This document shows positions 19,785 through 29,788 of a stretch of 64,000 nucleotides of DNA, piece after piece; the stretch's first letter is position 1; each line of letters starts with the position of its first letter. Both the position numbers and the translations under genes were made by a program. The DNA lies in the NCBI GenBank assembly GCA_037444725.1, contig JBBILW010000001.1:5056-69055 (forward strand). Direction: 5' to 3'. The stretch is from Candidatus Jorgensenbacteria bacterium. GTDB taxonomy: Bacteria > Patescibacteriota > Minisyncoccia > UBA6257 > GWB1-50-10. The notes beneath the pieces were generated by a model. It worked only from the letters and a program-made list of their open reading frames with translations. It had not been told where the DNA came from and made no database searches.

Positions 19785-22259
19785 ATGGCTACAAAAAAAG
19801 AAGAACCACAAGTTAATCACGGTAGAATCGAACCTCGCGAAATAACCGACGAGCTCAAAGAGTCGTATCTCGACTATGCGATGTCCGTTATCGTTTCGCG
19901 CGCGCTTCCCGATGTGCGCGACGGATTGAAGCCCGTGCAGCGCCGCATTCTCTGGGCGATGTGGGACAGCGGACTCACGCATCAGACGAAATTCAAAAAA
20001 TCCGCGAACATCGTCGGAGACGTACTCGGACGCTACCATCCGCACGGCGATTCGTCCGTCTATGAATCAATGGTGCGTATGGCGCAGGACTTTTCACTCC
20101 GCTATCCGCTCGTTGATGGCCAGGGAAACTGGGGCTCCGTTGATGGCGATTCGGCAGCTGCGTATCGTTACACCGAAGCCAGGCTTACTAAAGTCGCCTC
20201 GGAACTTTTGACCGACATTGAGAAAGAAACAGTTGATTGGAATCCGAACTACGACAACTCCCGTGTTGAGCCTGCCTATCTTCCCGCAAAACTTCCGAAC
20301 CTTCTTTTGAACGGCACCGTCGGCATCGCCGTCGGTATGGCAACTTCCATTCCTCCGCACAACTTGCTTGAGGTAGTGGACGCGGCAATTCATCTTTCAA
20401 AAAACCCGGACGCTTCGACGCGCGAACTACTTCAATTCGTTCCCGGTCCTGACTTCCCGACAGGCGGTATTATTTATGACAAGAAGGCGATAGAGGAGGC
20501 GTACTCTACCGGCCGCGGCTCCATCACTATGCGCGCCGTCGCTGAAATCGAGGAGCGCAAAGCGGGCAGCTTCCAAATCATCATCACGGAAATTCCGTAT
20601 CAGGTGAACAAGTCCGACCTCATCACAAAGATGGCGGAATTGGCGCAGGAGAAAAAAATCGAAGGTATCCGCGATCTCCGCGACGAATCCGACCGCGACG
20701 GACTCCGCATTGTCGTCGAGTTGAAAAACGACGCTGCGCCGCAGAAGGTGCTGAACCAACTTTTCGAATACACCGAGCTCCAGAAGAATTTCTACTTCAA
20801 CATGTTGGCGCTCGTGAACGGCATCCAGCCGCAAGTGCTCTCCCTTAAAGAAGTGCTCGGCGAGTATCTCGCGCACCGCAAAATTATTGTGCGCCGCCGC
20901 ACCGAGTTCGATCTTAAGAAGGCAGAGGAGCGCGCGCATATTTTGACGGGCTTGGTAACCGCGCTCGACGTCATCGACAAGATTATCGCGACCATCAAGA
21001 AATCGAAGGATAAGGAGGAGGCTCGTACGAACCTCATGAAGCAGTTCAAACTTTCCGAAATCCAAGCGAACGCGATTTTGGAAATGAAGCTGCAGGCGCT
21101 CGCCGCACTCGAACGCATCAAGCTCGAGGACGAGCTCGCCGAAAAGAAGAAATTCATTGCGGAGTGCCAAGCAATTTTGAAATCGCCGAAGAAGATGCTC
21201 GAAATTATCCAGAAAGAGCTCGGCGAACTCCGCGAGGCATATCCCCAGCCCCGCAAGACGCGCATTATCGCGTCCGGCCTCAAAGAATTCCGCGAGGAAG
21301 ACCTTGTGCCCCAGGAAGAAATTATTATTACGATGAGCCAGGACGGTTACATCAAACGCATGCCGCCCGGTACCTTCAAGACGCAGAAGCGCGGAGGCAA
21401 GGGACTCATTGGCTCCGAACTCAAGGAGGAAGACCTCATCCGCCAGATTATCACCGCGAATACGCACGACAACGTACTCTTCTTCACGGACCGCGGACGC
21501 GTCTTCCAGACAAAAGCATACGAAATTCCCGTCGCCGCGCGCACCGCGAAAGGAAAATCAGTCCACAACTTCCTTACCATTCCGCCCGATGAGACCATCA
21601 TCTCCATTGTGAGCTATGCGGATGCCGCAGGAAAAGAAAAAGGAAGCGCCACTCAGTTCCTCGTCATGGCGACACGAGAAGGCGTTATTAAAAAGACGCC
21701 GGTATCAGACTTCGTCGCCGTACGCAGAAGCGGTATTATCGCGCTCAAATTGAAGGGCGAGGACTCATTGCAGTGGGCGTCATTCTCTTCCGGTGATGAC
21801 GAAATCATTCTTGTAACCGCAAACGGACAATCCATCCGCTTCAAAGAAAAGGATGTCCGCCCGATGGGCCGCACCGCTGCCGGAACTCGCGCGGTACGCC
21901 TTAAGAAGGGCGACGTGGTCGCGGGATTCGATATTATTGCGAAGGGAACGAAGGAGGACGTGCAATTCCTCGTGGTGATGGCACACGGATTTGCAAAGCA
22001 AACGCCGCTCAAGGACTACAAGACGCAAAAGCGCGGAGGAGGAGGCATTAAGACCGCGAAAATCACCGACAAAACAGGCAAAGTCATCGCGGCACGCATC
22101 ATCAGCGAGGACACTGAGGAAGCAATCGCATTCTCGTCGAAGGGCCAGGCGCTCCGCACGAAACTCTCCGACATCCGTGTTGCGGGACGCGCGACGCAGG
22201 GCGTGAAAATCATGAACCTCGACGCGGGCGACTCCATTGTCGGCATCGTCTGCCTCTAA
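19785..22259 (+). CDS. gyrA: DNA gyrase subunit A
   Basis: The QRDR-region motif and the active-site [11 protein letters not shown] are present, together with a C-terminal beta-pinwheel domain. Confidence 0.95.
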   Translation: MATKKEEPQVNHGRIEPREITDELKESYLDYAMSVIVSRALPDVRDGLKPVQRRILWAMWDSGLTHQTKFKKSANIVGDVLGRYHPHGDSSVYESMVRMAQDFSLRYPLVDGQGNWGSVDGDSAAAYRYTEARLTKVASELLTDIEKETVDWNPNYDNSRVEPAYLPAKLPNLLLNGTVGIAVGMATSIPPHNLLEVVDAAIHLSKNPDASTRELLQFVPGPDFPTGGIIYDKKAIEEAYSTGRGSITMRAVAEIEERKAGSFQIIITEIPYQVNKSDLITKMAELAQEKKIEGIRDLRDESDRDGLRIVVELKNDAAPQKVLNQLFEYTELQKNFYFNMLALVNGIQPQVLSLKEVLGEYLAHRKIIVRRRTEFDLKKAEERAHILTGLVTALDVIDKIIATIKKSKDKEEARTNLMKQFKLSEIQANAILEMKLQALAALERIKLEDELAEKKKFIAECQAILKSPKKMLEIIQKELGELREAYPQPRKTRIIASGLKEFREEDLVPQEEIIITMSQDGYIKRMPPGTFKTQKRGGKGLIGSELKEEDLIRQIITANTHDNVLFFTDRGRVFQTKAYEIPVAARTAKGKSVHNFLTIPPDETIISIVSYADAAGKEKGSATQFLVMATREGVIKKTPVSDFVAVRRSGIIALKLKGEDSLQWASFSSGDDEIILVTANGQSIRFKEKDVRPMGRTAAGTRAVRLKKGDVVAGFDIIAKGTKEDVQFLVVMAHGFAKQTPLKDYKTQKRGGGGIKTAKITDKTGKVIAARIISEDTEEAIAFSSKGQALRTKLSDIRVAGRATQGVKIMNLDAGDSIVGIVCL

Positions 22260-22285
22260 TCAGTCCGCAAACCCAATAGTCGCTT

Positions 22286-22320
22286 TCAAAAGAGATGCCG
22301 AAGCCGGCATCTCTTTTCAT
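22286..22320 (+). terminator. rho-independent terminator of gyrA
   Basis: aaagagatgccg-aagc-cggcatctcttt hairpin followed by a T-rich tract. Confidence 0.55.
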
Positions 22321-22361
22321 ATTCGTGCTCCGTGGCATCACGCCGTGTATAATAGAAACAT

Positions 22362-23648
22362 ATGTCAAAACCTCAGATTCTTTTTGTGGCAATCGCGGGA
22401 ACTCTCATTTTTATACTCGTGCTCATTTTTGCCGGCATTCTTCCGGGTCTTCAGCCCGCACGCACAAAAGTAACGCTTAAGGTATGGGAAGTGGGGTCAT
22501 ACAGCATAGAAAATTCGCTAAAACTTCTTAAGTCCTCATATCCTGGCGTCACTTTCGATATTAAGAAATTCGACACCATGGATATGTATGAAAATGCGCT
22601 CCTTGAAGGATTCGCCGTCGGCAGCGCGCCCGATATTTTCATGGTCTCCGGAGAAAACTTCCCCCGTTTTTCAAATAAAATCAGCGTAGCGCCGCAAACC
22701 GGCATCACGCTCGTCCAACTTCGCAACCTCTTCCCGCAGATTGCCGAACAGGCATTCACGCTTAAGGGTCAGATTTATGCGCTCCCGCTCTCCATCGACG
22801 ACCTTGCGCTCATCTATAATAGGAGTCTTTTGGGCTCTGCCGGCATCGCCACTCCGCCGAAGACGTGGGAAGAACTCCAACAGGTTGCGCCGTCGATAAC
22901 AAAGAAAGACGCGGCAGGGAACATCACGATTGCAGCGGTAACACTCGGCGGTTCGGCGCGAAGCGTTACCAATGCGGCGGACATACTCGGCGCCATGATG
23001 ATGCAACGGGGTGCCGCGATGGTAAATGAAACAAATACGGCCGCAACATTTGCGGATATACAAGGAAATACGGCCCTCTCCTACTATACGCAATTTGCAG
23101 ATGCTTCAAGCTCCCTCTACACGTGGAACGACTCCATGCCGTTCTCGATAGACGCATTCGCCCAAGAAAAGGCGGCGATGACTTTCGGCTACCTTGAAGA
23201 TGTGAAGCGGATAAAGGCGCGCAGTCCATACCTCAATTTTGACATTGCGCCGCTACCGCAGCCGAAATCGCTTGTCGATGCGGGAAAATCGCTTACGTAC
23301 CCGTCGTTGTACGGTTACACCGTCTCCCGCCAGTCACCGAACTACGCAACCGCATGGAATATTCTTATCGCGCTCGCCACCAATCCCGGTAATGCGCAGG
23401 CATATCTTGATGAAACGGGCACGTCTCCCGCGCTCCTCTCGCTCATTAGCGCATCACAAAGCAATCCGCGCATTGGCGTGTTTGCGCGGCAGGCGCTTGT
23501 CGCAAAACTCTGGCAGAAACCCAATAACTCAATGGCAAACGCTTCATTTTCCTCAATGATTGAAAACGTAATCACCAAAAAGCTGCGCGTCAATGATGCG
23601 CTGTACCAGGCACAAAGCGAGATTAACAAGTTATTTATCCGCCAGTAA
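22362..23648 (+). CDS. ABC-transporter-type extracellular solute-binding protein (family 1)
   Basis: Signal anchor followed by an SBP_bac_1-like periplasmic binding fold. A TATAAT box sits about 15 nt upstream. Confidence 0.7.
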   Translation: MSKPQILFVAIAGTLIFILVLIFAGILPGLQPARTKVTLKVWEVGSYSIENSLKLLKSSYPGVTFDIKKFDTMDMYENALLEGFAVGSAPDIFMVSGENFPRFSNKISVAPQTGITLVQLRNLFPQIAEQAFTLKGQIYALPLSIDDLALIYNRSLLGSAGIATPPKTWEELQQVAPSITKKDAAGNITIAAVTLGGSARSVTNAADILGAMMMQRGAAMVNETNTAATFADIQGNTALSYYTQFADASSSLYTWNDSMPFSIDAFAQEKAAMTFGYLEDVKRIKARSPYLNFDIAPLPQPKSLVDAGKSLTYPSLYGYTVSRQSPNYATAWNILIALATNPGNAQAYLDETGTSPALLSLISASQSNPRIGVFARQALVAKLWQKPNNSMANASFSSMIENVITKKLRVNDALYQAQSEINKLFIRQ

Positions 23649-23665
23649 GGTATAATAGAATACAC

Positions 23666-24088
23666 ATGATGTTTCGCTTACTCGCTGGTATTACTCTTGC
23701 CCTCGTCCTCTTCGTCGCCGTTGCTCCGCATGCGCTTGCGGCAAGTATTTGGACGGGAACCTCGTGCGTGGGCACTAGCGGAGGCCCCGACAAGCCGTGC
23801 TCCTTCTGTGACGCGCTTATTGTAGGAAGAAATATTATTACGTTTCTTACCGAGATTGCCGTGTCTATCACCACGCTCATGATAGTAGTCGGCGCAATAC
23901 AATTGGTGATTGCGGGCGGCGACCCCGGAAAAATCTCTGACGCAAAAAGAACGATGGGGCGCGGTCTCACCGGACTTCTCGTCGTAATGTCCGCATGGAC
24001 ACTTATGAACGCGCTTCTCATATTCATCGCACGCGGCAGCGCCTCCGATCCTTCAGGTTGGAAGTGGAATGAGATACAATGTCAGTAA
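23666..24088 (+). CDS. VirB2/TrbC-like T4SS pilin paralogue 1
   Basis: Signal peptide followed by two hydrophobic helices separated by a short loop (GGDPGKISDAKRTM). Confidence 0.45.
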   Translation: MMFRLLAGITLALVLFVAVAPHALAASIWTGTSCVGTSGGPDKPCSFCDALIVGRNIITFLTEIAVSITTLMIVVGAIQLVIAGGDPGKISDAKRTMGRGLTGLLVVMSAWTLMNALLIFIARGSASDPSGWKWNEIQCQ

Positions 24089-24423
24089 CCATTATGAAAA
24101 CGTTCTCTAAGGCACTTTTTCTCACGCTCGTCCTTACCGCCGCGGCAGCACACGCGCAAACATCCGTAGCGCTCCCCAATCCGCTCGGGGGCGTAAGCAC
24201 AATCGGCGACCTCCTCAATAAAATTATCGACGCGCTTATTCTTTTCGCATCGCCCGTAGTAGTAGTCATCGTCATGTATGCGGGATATTTGTTTCTTTCC
24301 GCGCGCGACGAACCGGAAAAGATTACCCAGGCCAGAAACACCATTCTCTATGCGATGCTCGGGTATGGTATAATACTAATCGCAAAGGGAATCGGGCTTA
24401 TTATTCAAAGCTTCTTTTCCTAG
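24079..24423 (+). CDS. VirB2/TrbC-like T4SS pilin paralogue 2
   Basis: Same architecture as paralogue 1. The start overlaps the preceding gene by 10 nt. Confidence 0.45.
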   Translation: MSVTIMKTFSKALFLTLVLTAAAAHAQTSVALPNPLGGVSTIGDLLNKIIDALILFASPVVVVIVMYAGYLFLSARDEPEKITQARNTILYAMLGYGIILIAKGIGLIIQSFFS

Positions 24424-24470
24424 AAAAGGTCGAGTTGTACATTGCAGACCATTCAAACTTATTACTGAAC

Positions 24471-24818
24471 ATGAAAACACTTGTAAAATACGCATCATTT
24501 GCAGCAGCAATCGCTCCCGTTCTCGCATTCGCGCAGGCAGCACCTGGCGACGTGACCGGAGGAACACAGGGACGCATCACATCACTTACCGGAGTCTGGA
24601 CTATTGTGCAGACGGCAGTTAATTGGCTCGTCGCCATTTTCTTCCTCTATGCAACGATTCAGTTCCTTTTGGCAGGCTGGGAGTATCTTAGCTCCAAGGG
24701 TGATGAATCGAAGGTGACGGAAGTGAGGAATCGCCTTCTCTATGGAGTCATCGGCGTCGCGGTAGGACTTCTTGCATTCTCAGTCCCCGCTATCGTGAGG
24801 ACATTCGTGGGTGCATAA
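24471..24818 (+). CDS. VirB2/TrbC-like T4SS pilin paralogue 3
   Basis: Same architecture again. Start trimmed to MKTLVKYASF. Confidence 0.45.
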   Translation: MKTLVKYASFAAAIAPVLAFAQAAPGDVTGGTQGRITSLTGVWTIVQTAVNWLVAIFFLYATIQFLLAGWEYLSSKGDESKVTEVRNRLLYGVIGVAVGLLAFSVPAIVRTFVGA

Positions 24819-24956
24819 TTACAACCGATACTACGTTACAAAGGCTCCTCTCTGCTTCACAGCAAGGGGAGTTTTTGATTCCCTTCTTCGCTAAAGCTAC
24901 GAAGGGCACGGTATTAGAAAAGTAGGAAAATTGGTGTATATTTATGGAAAGTATTT

Positions 24957-25039
24957 GCTCCCGTGGCGGAACTGGCATACGCGCAGCGCTTAGGACGCTG
25001 TCCCCAAAAGGGTTAGAGGTTCAAATCCTCTCGGGAGCA
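24957..25039 (+). tRNA. tRNA-Leu (anticodon TAG), type II with a long variable arm
   Basis: Manual cloverleaf fold: acceptor stem GCTCCCG/CGGGAGC, anticodon loop CTTAGGA, T-arm AGAGG-TTCAAAT-CCTCT. Length is 83 nt. Confidence 0.85.
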
Positions 25040-25044
25040 CAAAA

Positions 25045-25072
25045 TGACTCCACCGTTTAGGTGGAGTTTGTG
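25045..25072 (+). terminator. hairpin terminator after tRNA-Leu
   Basis: ctccacc-gttt-aggtggag followed by TTTG. Confidence 0.5.
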
Positions 25073-25203
25073 CTCCGAGGATTTGAACGGGAAAGGGGTC
25101 GGGGAAACGGAAGTTTCCCCGTGGCGGAGCACACGAACCGCTGGGTTCGTGAGAGGCGAGCGATATGCGCGAGCCGACGTTCAATTACCTCTCGGGAGCA
25201 CAA
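25067..25203. repeat. scrambled tRNA-Leu fragments (pseudo-tRNA and att-like remnants)
   Basis: An inverted copy of the tRNA 3' end lies at 25067-25088, a direct copy of the 5' cccgtggcgga segment at 25118-25128, and a direct near-copy of the last 25 nt of the tRNA at 25179-25203. Confidence 0.5.
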
Positions 25204-25275
25204 ACGCACTAACAAATAACTAATCACTTACAACAAATAACGCAGAGCAGTCGCTCCCTCCATCGTTATAAGTGA

Positions 25276-26193
25276 TTAGTTATCAGTTTCTTTCCGTCTG
25301 CGAGCATGAAACGCCTCATGCACTTCGCGGAGCTCTTTATTCGTAAGGTGAGTATATACCTGTGTCGTCGCAATGTTTGCGTGGCCCAAGAGCTCCTGCA
25401 CCGAGCGGAGGTCTGCGCCGTTCACAAGCAAGTCGGTCGCGAACGAGTGCCGTAACTCATGCGGGTGCACATGCTTTGCGATGCCTGCCGCACGGGCGTA
25501 GTGATCAACAAGACGCTGAATGGTCCGCGGGATAATACGCTCCATCGGCTTGCCGCTTTTCGAAAGACTTATGAAAAGCGCCTCATCCGCATCAGTCCGT
25601 TTTTTTAAATAATCCTTGATTGCCGTGCGAGCACCGGCCGAGAGAAAGACAACGCGGATTTTCTCTCCCTTTCCACGCACGGAAAGCTCTCCGCGCTCAA
25701 GGTCCAAATATCTCGAGAGCGCGCAAATTTCGGAAACGCGGAGACCGGTCGAAAAGAGAACCTCGAGAATCGCGCGATCGCGGAGCGCGCGGAGCGAATC
25801 ACCCTTCGGTGCGGCAAGGAGCCGCACCAGTTCTTTATACTCAAGCACCTCGATGTCGCGTCGCGCGATTTTGGGAAGCTCGATGGTTTCCGGCGCAAGT
25901 GACTTCACGCCGCGCTTCACGAAATACTTTAAAAGATTACGAAGCGCGATGACGTAATAGCTCTGTGTAATCTTTTTCATGCCGCGCCGCGAGAGCGACA
26001 CGCGAAAACTTCTGACAACCGCGTCGGTAATATCGGTAGGGGATTTCACTCCCGTTTCTTTCACGAACAAGGCAAGATAGCGTTCGTAATTCTCCCGCGT
26101 TTTTAACGAGCGATTTTTTTCAATCTCAAGATAATCGAGGTACTCCTTACAAAGGTCTTTTACATTCGCCATTATCTCCATTGTATCACGCAT
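25276..26193 (-). CDS. tyrosine site-specific recombinase (XerC/XerD/integrase family)
   Basis: Catalytic R...HxxR...Y constellation (LRHSFATDLL, HANIATTQVYTHL). The true start is uncertain and may lie anywhere from 26172 to 26322. Confidence 0.85.
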   Translation of the reverse strand: MRDTMEIMANVKDLCKEYLDYLEIEKNRSLKTRENYERYLALFVKETGVKSPTDITDAVVRSFRVSLSRRGMKKITQSYYVIALRNLLKYFVKRGVKSLAPETIELPKIARRDIEVLEYKELVRLLAAPKGDSLRALRDRAILEVLFSTGLRVSEICALSRYLDLERGELSVRGKGEKIRVVFLSAGARTAIKDYLKKRTDADEALFISLSKSGKPMERIIPRTIQRLVDHYARAAGIAKHVHPHELRHSFATDLLVNGADLRSVQELLGHANIATTQVYTHLTNKELREVHEAFHARRRKETDN

Positions 26194-26285
26194 ATATTGT
26201 GCGACAGATAATTGACCTGCATTTTGTGCGGGCGTAGAGTATGTACAGAACCTTTTAACCCGCAGGACCCCTATAAGGAGGGAAT

Positions 26286-26579
26286 ATGACACTCGAAAGA
26301 ACAAAGAGAGTACTCGCATCAAGCGAGGATGGAGACGGACAGAGCGTGGAGCTCATCGCGTATGGACCATACGAGAAGACGGTCACTTCGTCCACTGAAG
26401 GCGTGCCCGTGCGCATCAACGGCACGAAGCAGGTGATTCAGCTCCAGACCCGCTACCCCACGTGGGAATCGCTCTACGTCGTGAAGGTACGTGGTGAATC
26501 GGTCCTCAACACGTACGTTGCGCACATTGCCTGGGACAAGTTCAACAGCGCCATCGGCCTCGATCAGGTTGGCGCCTGA
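26286..26579 (+). CDS. hypothetical 97-aa protein
   Basis: High-GC ORF with a strong terminator downstream. No recognisable motif. Confidence 0.45.
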   Translation: MTLERTKRVLASSEDGDGQSVELIAYGPYEKTVTSSTEGVPVRINGTKQVIQLQTRYPTWESLYVVKVRGESVLNTYVAHIAWDKFNSAIGLDQVGA

Positions 26580-26589
26580 CCCCCAACCC

Positions 26590-26624
26590 ACGCACAAGCC
26601 ATACACCGCTTGTGCGTTTTTTAA
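26590..26624 (+). terminator. rho-independent terminator
   Basis: cgcacaagc...gcttgtgcg hairpin followed by TTTTTT. Confidence 0.6.
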
Positions 26625-26711
26625 TACATTTCACCAATTTTTGACCCTGTAGGACGCATAAGGTCTATATTTTTTGACATTTTTCCCGTTTCAAGGTAAG
26701 ATAGCCCCATT

Positions 26712-26978
26712 ATGTTAACGAAGAGAAAGAAGACGGTCGCCATAAAGGAATTCCAGACCCACGCCACCGATACCGGTTCCGCGGAGGTTCAGGTAGGCCT
26801 TCTCACCAAACAAATCAAAGCGCTCGCGGATCACCTCAAAAAGAACGCGAAAGACCACCACTCGAGGAGAGGACTTCTCGGTATGGTAGGTAAGCGCCGC
26901 AGGTTCCTTCAGTATCTGAAGCGCGAAGACGAAAAGAAGTATGAAAAGCTGGTCAAAAAACTTGAAATCGAAGCGTAG
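26712..26978 (+). CDS. rpsO: 30S ribosomal protein S15
   Basis: [14 protein letters not shown]...[16 protein letters not shown]. Confidence 0.9.
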   Translation: MLTKRKKTVAIKEFQTHATDTGSAEVQVGLLTKQIKALADHLKKNAKDHHSRRGLLGMVGKRRRFLQYLKREDEKKYEKLVKKLEIEA

Positions 26979-27591
26979 TATTCCTCAAGAAGTCCCCCGC
27001 GCGGCCAAAAATCAGCGTGTGGGGATTTTTCTTGATATTCAAAATATCTACCATTCGGCAAAGCACCTCTACAATTCCCGCGTAAACTTTCAGGAACTCG
27101 TGCGGACGCTTGTGAAGGACCGCACGCTCGCACGCGCCATCGCGTACGTCGTGAAAAGTGAAACAGCGCTCGGCGAGGAATCCTTCTTCGATGCGCTGCG
27201 CAAAACAGGCTTCGAGCTCCGCTCGAAAGACCTCCAGATATATCCCGACGGCTCGAAGAAAGCGGACTGGGATATCGGCATGGCGGTCGACGCCATCCGT
27301 AACGCGGGCGCGCTCGACACTATTATTCTTGTAACGGGCGACGGCGATTTCATCCCGCTCGTCGAGTACTTAAAACTTGGACTCGGAAAACATGTCGAGG
27401 TGGCAGGGTTCGGCAGAACATCATCGGGTAAACTCAAAGAAATCGCCGAAACGTTTATTGAGTTAGACCACGTGCCGCGGATACTTATGGGCATCAAGCG
27501 GCGTCCGCAGGCGCAACAGGGAGCGGCCCCACGTGCAGCGCCTCCCACACGAAAACCGCCGTACAGAAACCAGGGAGGCCGACAGCAGTAA
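26941..27591 (+). CDS. NYN-domain (LabA-like) predicted RNase
   Basis: [11 protein letters not shown] and [15 protein letters not shown] motifs. The real start may be the GTG at 27019, downstream of the rpsO stop. Confidence 0.65.
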   Translation: MKSWSKNLKSKRSIPQEVPRAAKNQRVGIFLDIQNIYHSAKHLYNSRVNFQELVRTLVKDRTLARAIAYVVKSETALGEESFFDALRKTGFELRSKDLQIYPDGSKKADWDIGMAVDAIRNAGALDTIILVTGDGDFIPLVEYLKLGLGKHVEVAGFGRTSSGKLKEIAETFIELDHVPRILMGIKRRPQAQQGAAPRAAPPTRKPPYRNQGGRQQ

Positions 27592-27641
27592 AAAGGCGAG
27601 AGAGTTGAACGACAATACACTTAAAACCCAAAAAAATTATT

Positions 27642-29711
27642 ATGAATCTCAACAGAAAAAAGTTTGCAACGACATTGGACGGCGCACCGCTTGAAGTAGA
27701 AGTATCGGAACTCGCTCATCAGGCGAATGCCGCAGTACTCGCGCGCCACGGCGACACGGTGGTGCTTGCGGTTGCGGTAATGGGCGACAAAGAAGCGTCG
27801 CTTGATTACTTCCCGCTCACCGTTGATTACGAGGAACGTTTTTATGCGGCAGGAAAAATTCTCGGCAGCCGTTTTGTGCGCCGCGAAGGAAGGCCGTCAG
27901 ATGAATCAATTCTTTCCGCACGCCTCATTGACCGCACTATCCGCCCGCTCTTCGATCAGCGCTTGCGCCGCGAAGTGCAAGTAACGGTTACGATTCTTTC
28001 CTACGATGAAATCCATGACCCCGACATGGTGGCGCTTCTTGCAGCTTCAACCGCGCTCGGCATTTCGGACATTCCCTGGGGCGGTCCTGTCGCAGGCGCA
28101 CGCCTTGAAGCGAAGAACGCTGCCGACGGAAAAACTTTCCTTGCCCAATTTGCGGGCACCGACACGTTCGTCAACATGATTGAGTTCGAGGGCAATGAAA
28201 TCTCGGAAAAATCAGCAACCGAAGTATTTGTCGCCGCACATGAAACTATCAAGAAACTGATTGCGTTCCAGAATGGCATCATCAAAGAAATCGGCAAGAA
28301 AAAGGCGGATGTGATGATTCCGGAAGCTTCGCCCGCAGTCAAAACGCTTGTCTCAGAATTCCTTAACGGAAAACTCGAGGCCGCGTTCCGCAATGACACG
28401 CACGGCGCGCTGAAGAATGAACTCTTCGAATACCTCAAAACGACGGACCAGGCGGAGGAGGCGCTTAAATACGCGGAGTATCTTTTTGAAACAATAAGCG
28501 ACGAATTCGTGCACGCGTATGCCTTAAAAGAAGGGAAGCGCGTCGACGGCAGGAAACTTGATGAGGTGCGCGACTTGCTCGCGGAAGTAAAACTCCTTGA
28601 GCGCACGCACGGCTCGGGACTCTTTGTCCGCGGCGATACGCAGGTACTTGCGGTCACCACACTCGCGTCTCCTTCCTCGGAGCAGCTTATCGAATCAATC
28701 GAGGGCACCACGAAGAAGCGCTTCATGCTCCACTACAACTTCCCGAAGTTCTCAACCGGAGAAGTAGGACGCGCGCGCAGCGTCGGCCGCCGTGAAATCG
28801 GCCATGGCGCGCTTGCCGCAAAAGCGGTCGCGCAGGTGGTCCCGGGCAAAGAAGTATTCCCGTACACTATCCGCGTGGTATGTGAGACGCTCTCTTCAAA
28901 CGGCTCATCCTCGCAGGCATCTATCTGCTCGGCTTCGCTCTCACTCATGGACGCAGGCGTGCCGCTCAGGAAGCACGTGGCAGGCATCGCAATCGGCCTC
29001 ATGACTGGCGAGAAAGGCGAATATAAGATTTTGACCGATATCCAGGGCCCTGAGGACCACTACGGCGATATGGACTTCAAAGTAGCGGGCACTGCGGACG
29101 GCATTGCCGCAATCCAGATGGACGTGAAAATCGGCGGCATCACTAAAGATATTTTCGTCGAAGCGCTTCGCGCCGCAGAAAAGGCCCGCACGCAGATTCT
29201 CGGTGTGATGAGCGCAGTACTACCCGCGCCGCGCGCGCAGGTTTCGAAGTACGCGCCGACCATCATGGTCTTGAAGATTAATCCGGAAAAAATCGGACTC
29301 GTTATCGGTCCCGGCGGTAAGACCATCAACGGCATTATTGCGATGTGCGACAACAAAGTCGGCATCGATATCGATGAGGACGGCACCGTGTTCGTATCCG
29401 GCACCGACGCCGCGATGACGAATAAGGCGTACAAAACCGTGGAGGCGCTCGTGCGCGAATACGCCGTCGGCGAAGTGGTAACCGGTCCCATCATCAAAAT
29501 TCTCGATTTCGGCGCCATTGTCGACCTTGGCGGGGGACAGGACGGCATGATTCACGTTTCCGAACTCCGCGACGGCTTCGTAAAGCGTGTTGAAGACGTG
29601 GTTCATATGGGAGAAGTAGTTTCCGCTAAAATCGTTCGCCTTGAACAAGGAAAAATCGGACTCTCATTAAAAGCAATGAAGGCGCCAGAGGCACCAAAGC
29701 CCCAGCAATAG
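27642..29711 (+). CDS. pnp: polyribonucleotide nucleotidyltransferase (PNPase)
   Basis: Two RNase PH domains followed by KH and S1 domains. FVRREGRPSDESILSARLIDRTIRPLF motif present. Confidence 0.95.
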   Translation: MNLNRKKFATTLDGAPLEVEVSELAHQANAAVLARHGDTVVLAVAVMGDKEASLDYFPLTVDYEERFYAAGKILGSRFVRREGRPSDESILSARLIDRTIRPLFDQRLRREVQVTVTILSYDEIHDPDMVALLAASTALGISDIPWGGPVAGARLEAKNAADGKTFLAQFAGTDTFVNMIEFEGNEISEKSATEVFVAAHETIKKLIAFQNGIIKEIGKKKADVMIPEASPAVKTLVSEFLNGKLEAAFRNDTHGALKNELFEYLKTTDQAEEALKYAEYLFETISDEFVHAYALKEGKRVDGRKLDEVRDLLAEVKLLERTHGSGLFVRGDTQVLAVTTLASPSSEQLIESIEGTTKKRFMLHYNFPKFSTGEVGRARSVGRREIGHGALAAKAVAQVVPGKEVFPYTIRVVCETLSSNGSSSQASICSASLSLMDAGVPLRKHVAGIAIGLMTGEKGEYKILTDIQGPEDHYGDMDFKVAGTADGIAAIQMDVKIGGITKDIFVEALRAAEKARTQILGVMSAVLPAPRAQVSKYAPTIMVLKINPEKIGLVIGPGGKTINGIIAMCDNKVGIDIDEDGTVFVSGTDAAMTNKAYKTVEALVREYAVGEVVTGPIIKILDFGAIVDLGGGQDGMIHVSELRDGFVKRVEDVVHMGEVVSAKIVRLEQGKIGLSLKAMKAPEAPKPQQ

Positions 29712-29715
29712 CAGC

Positions 29716-29750
29716 GAAAAACACCCCGCATTAATGCGGGGTGTTTTTAT
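29716..29750 (+). terminator. rho-independent terminator of pnp
   Basis: acaccccgca-ttaa-tgcggggtgt followed by TTTTT. Confidence 0.6.
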
Positions 29751-29788
29751 CCACACGCAGGCGAAACAAATGATGTATAATATACGCA

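Noticed and set aside
20427-21467. Long antisense ORFs from the six-frame track, such as the 346-aa ORF opposite gyrA. Other examples are 7183-7680, 14629-15402, 28001-28726, 57976-58740 and 60744-61460.
   Set aside because: They lie entirely inside well-supported conserved genes on the opposite strand. Their composition is low-complexity and Arg/Ser/Ala-rich, as expected for GC-rich antisense frames. None has any recognisable motif.
25276-26322. Calling the tyrosine recombinase a prophage integrase with an adjacent prophage
   Set aside because: No phage structural, replication or excisionase genes flank it. The downstream genes are core genes (rpsO, pnp). Only tRNA debris supports mobile-element activity, so the generic recombinase call was kept.
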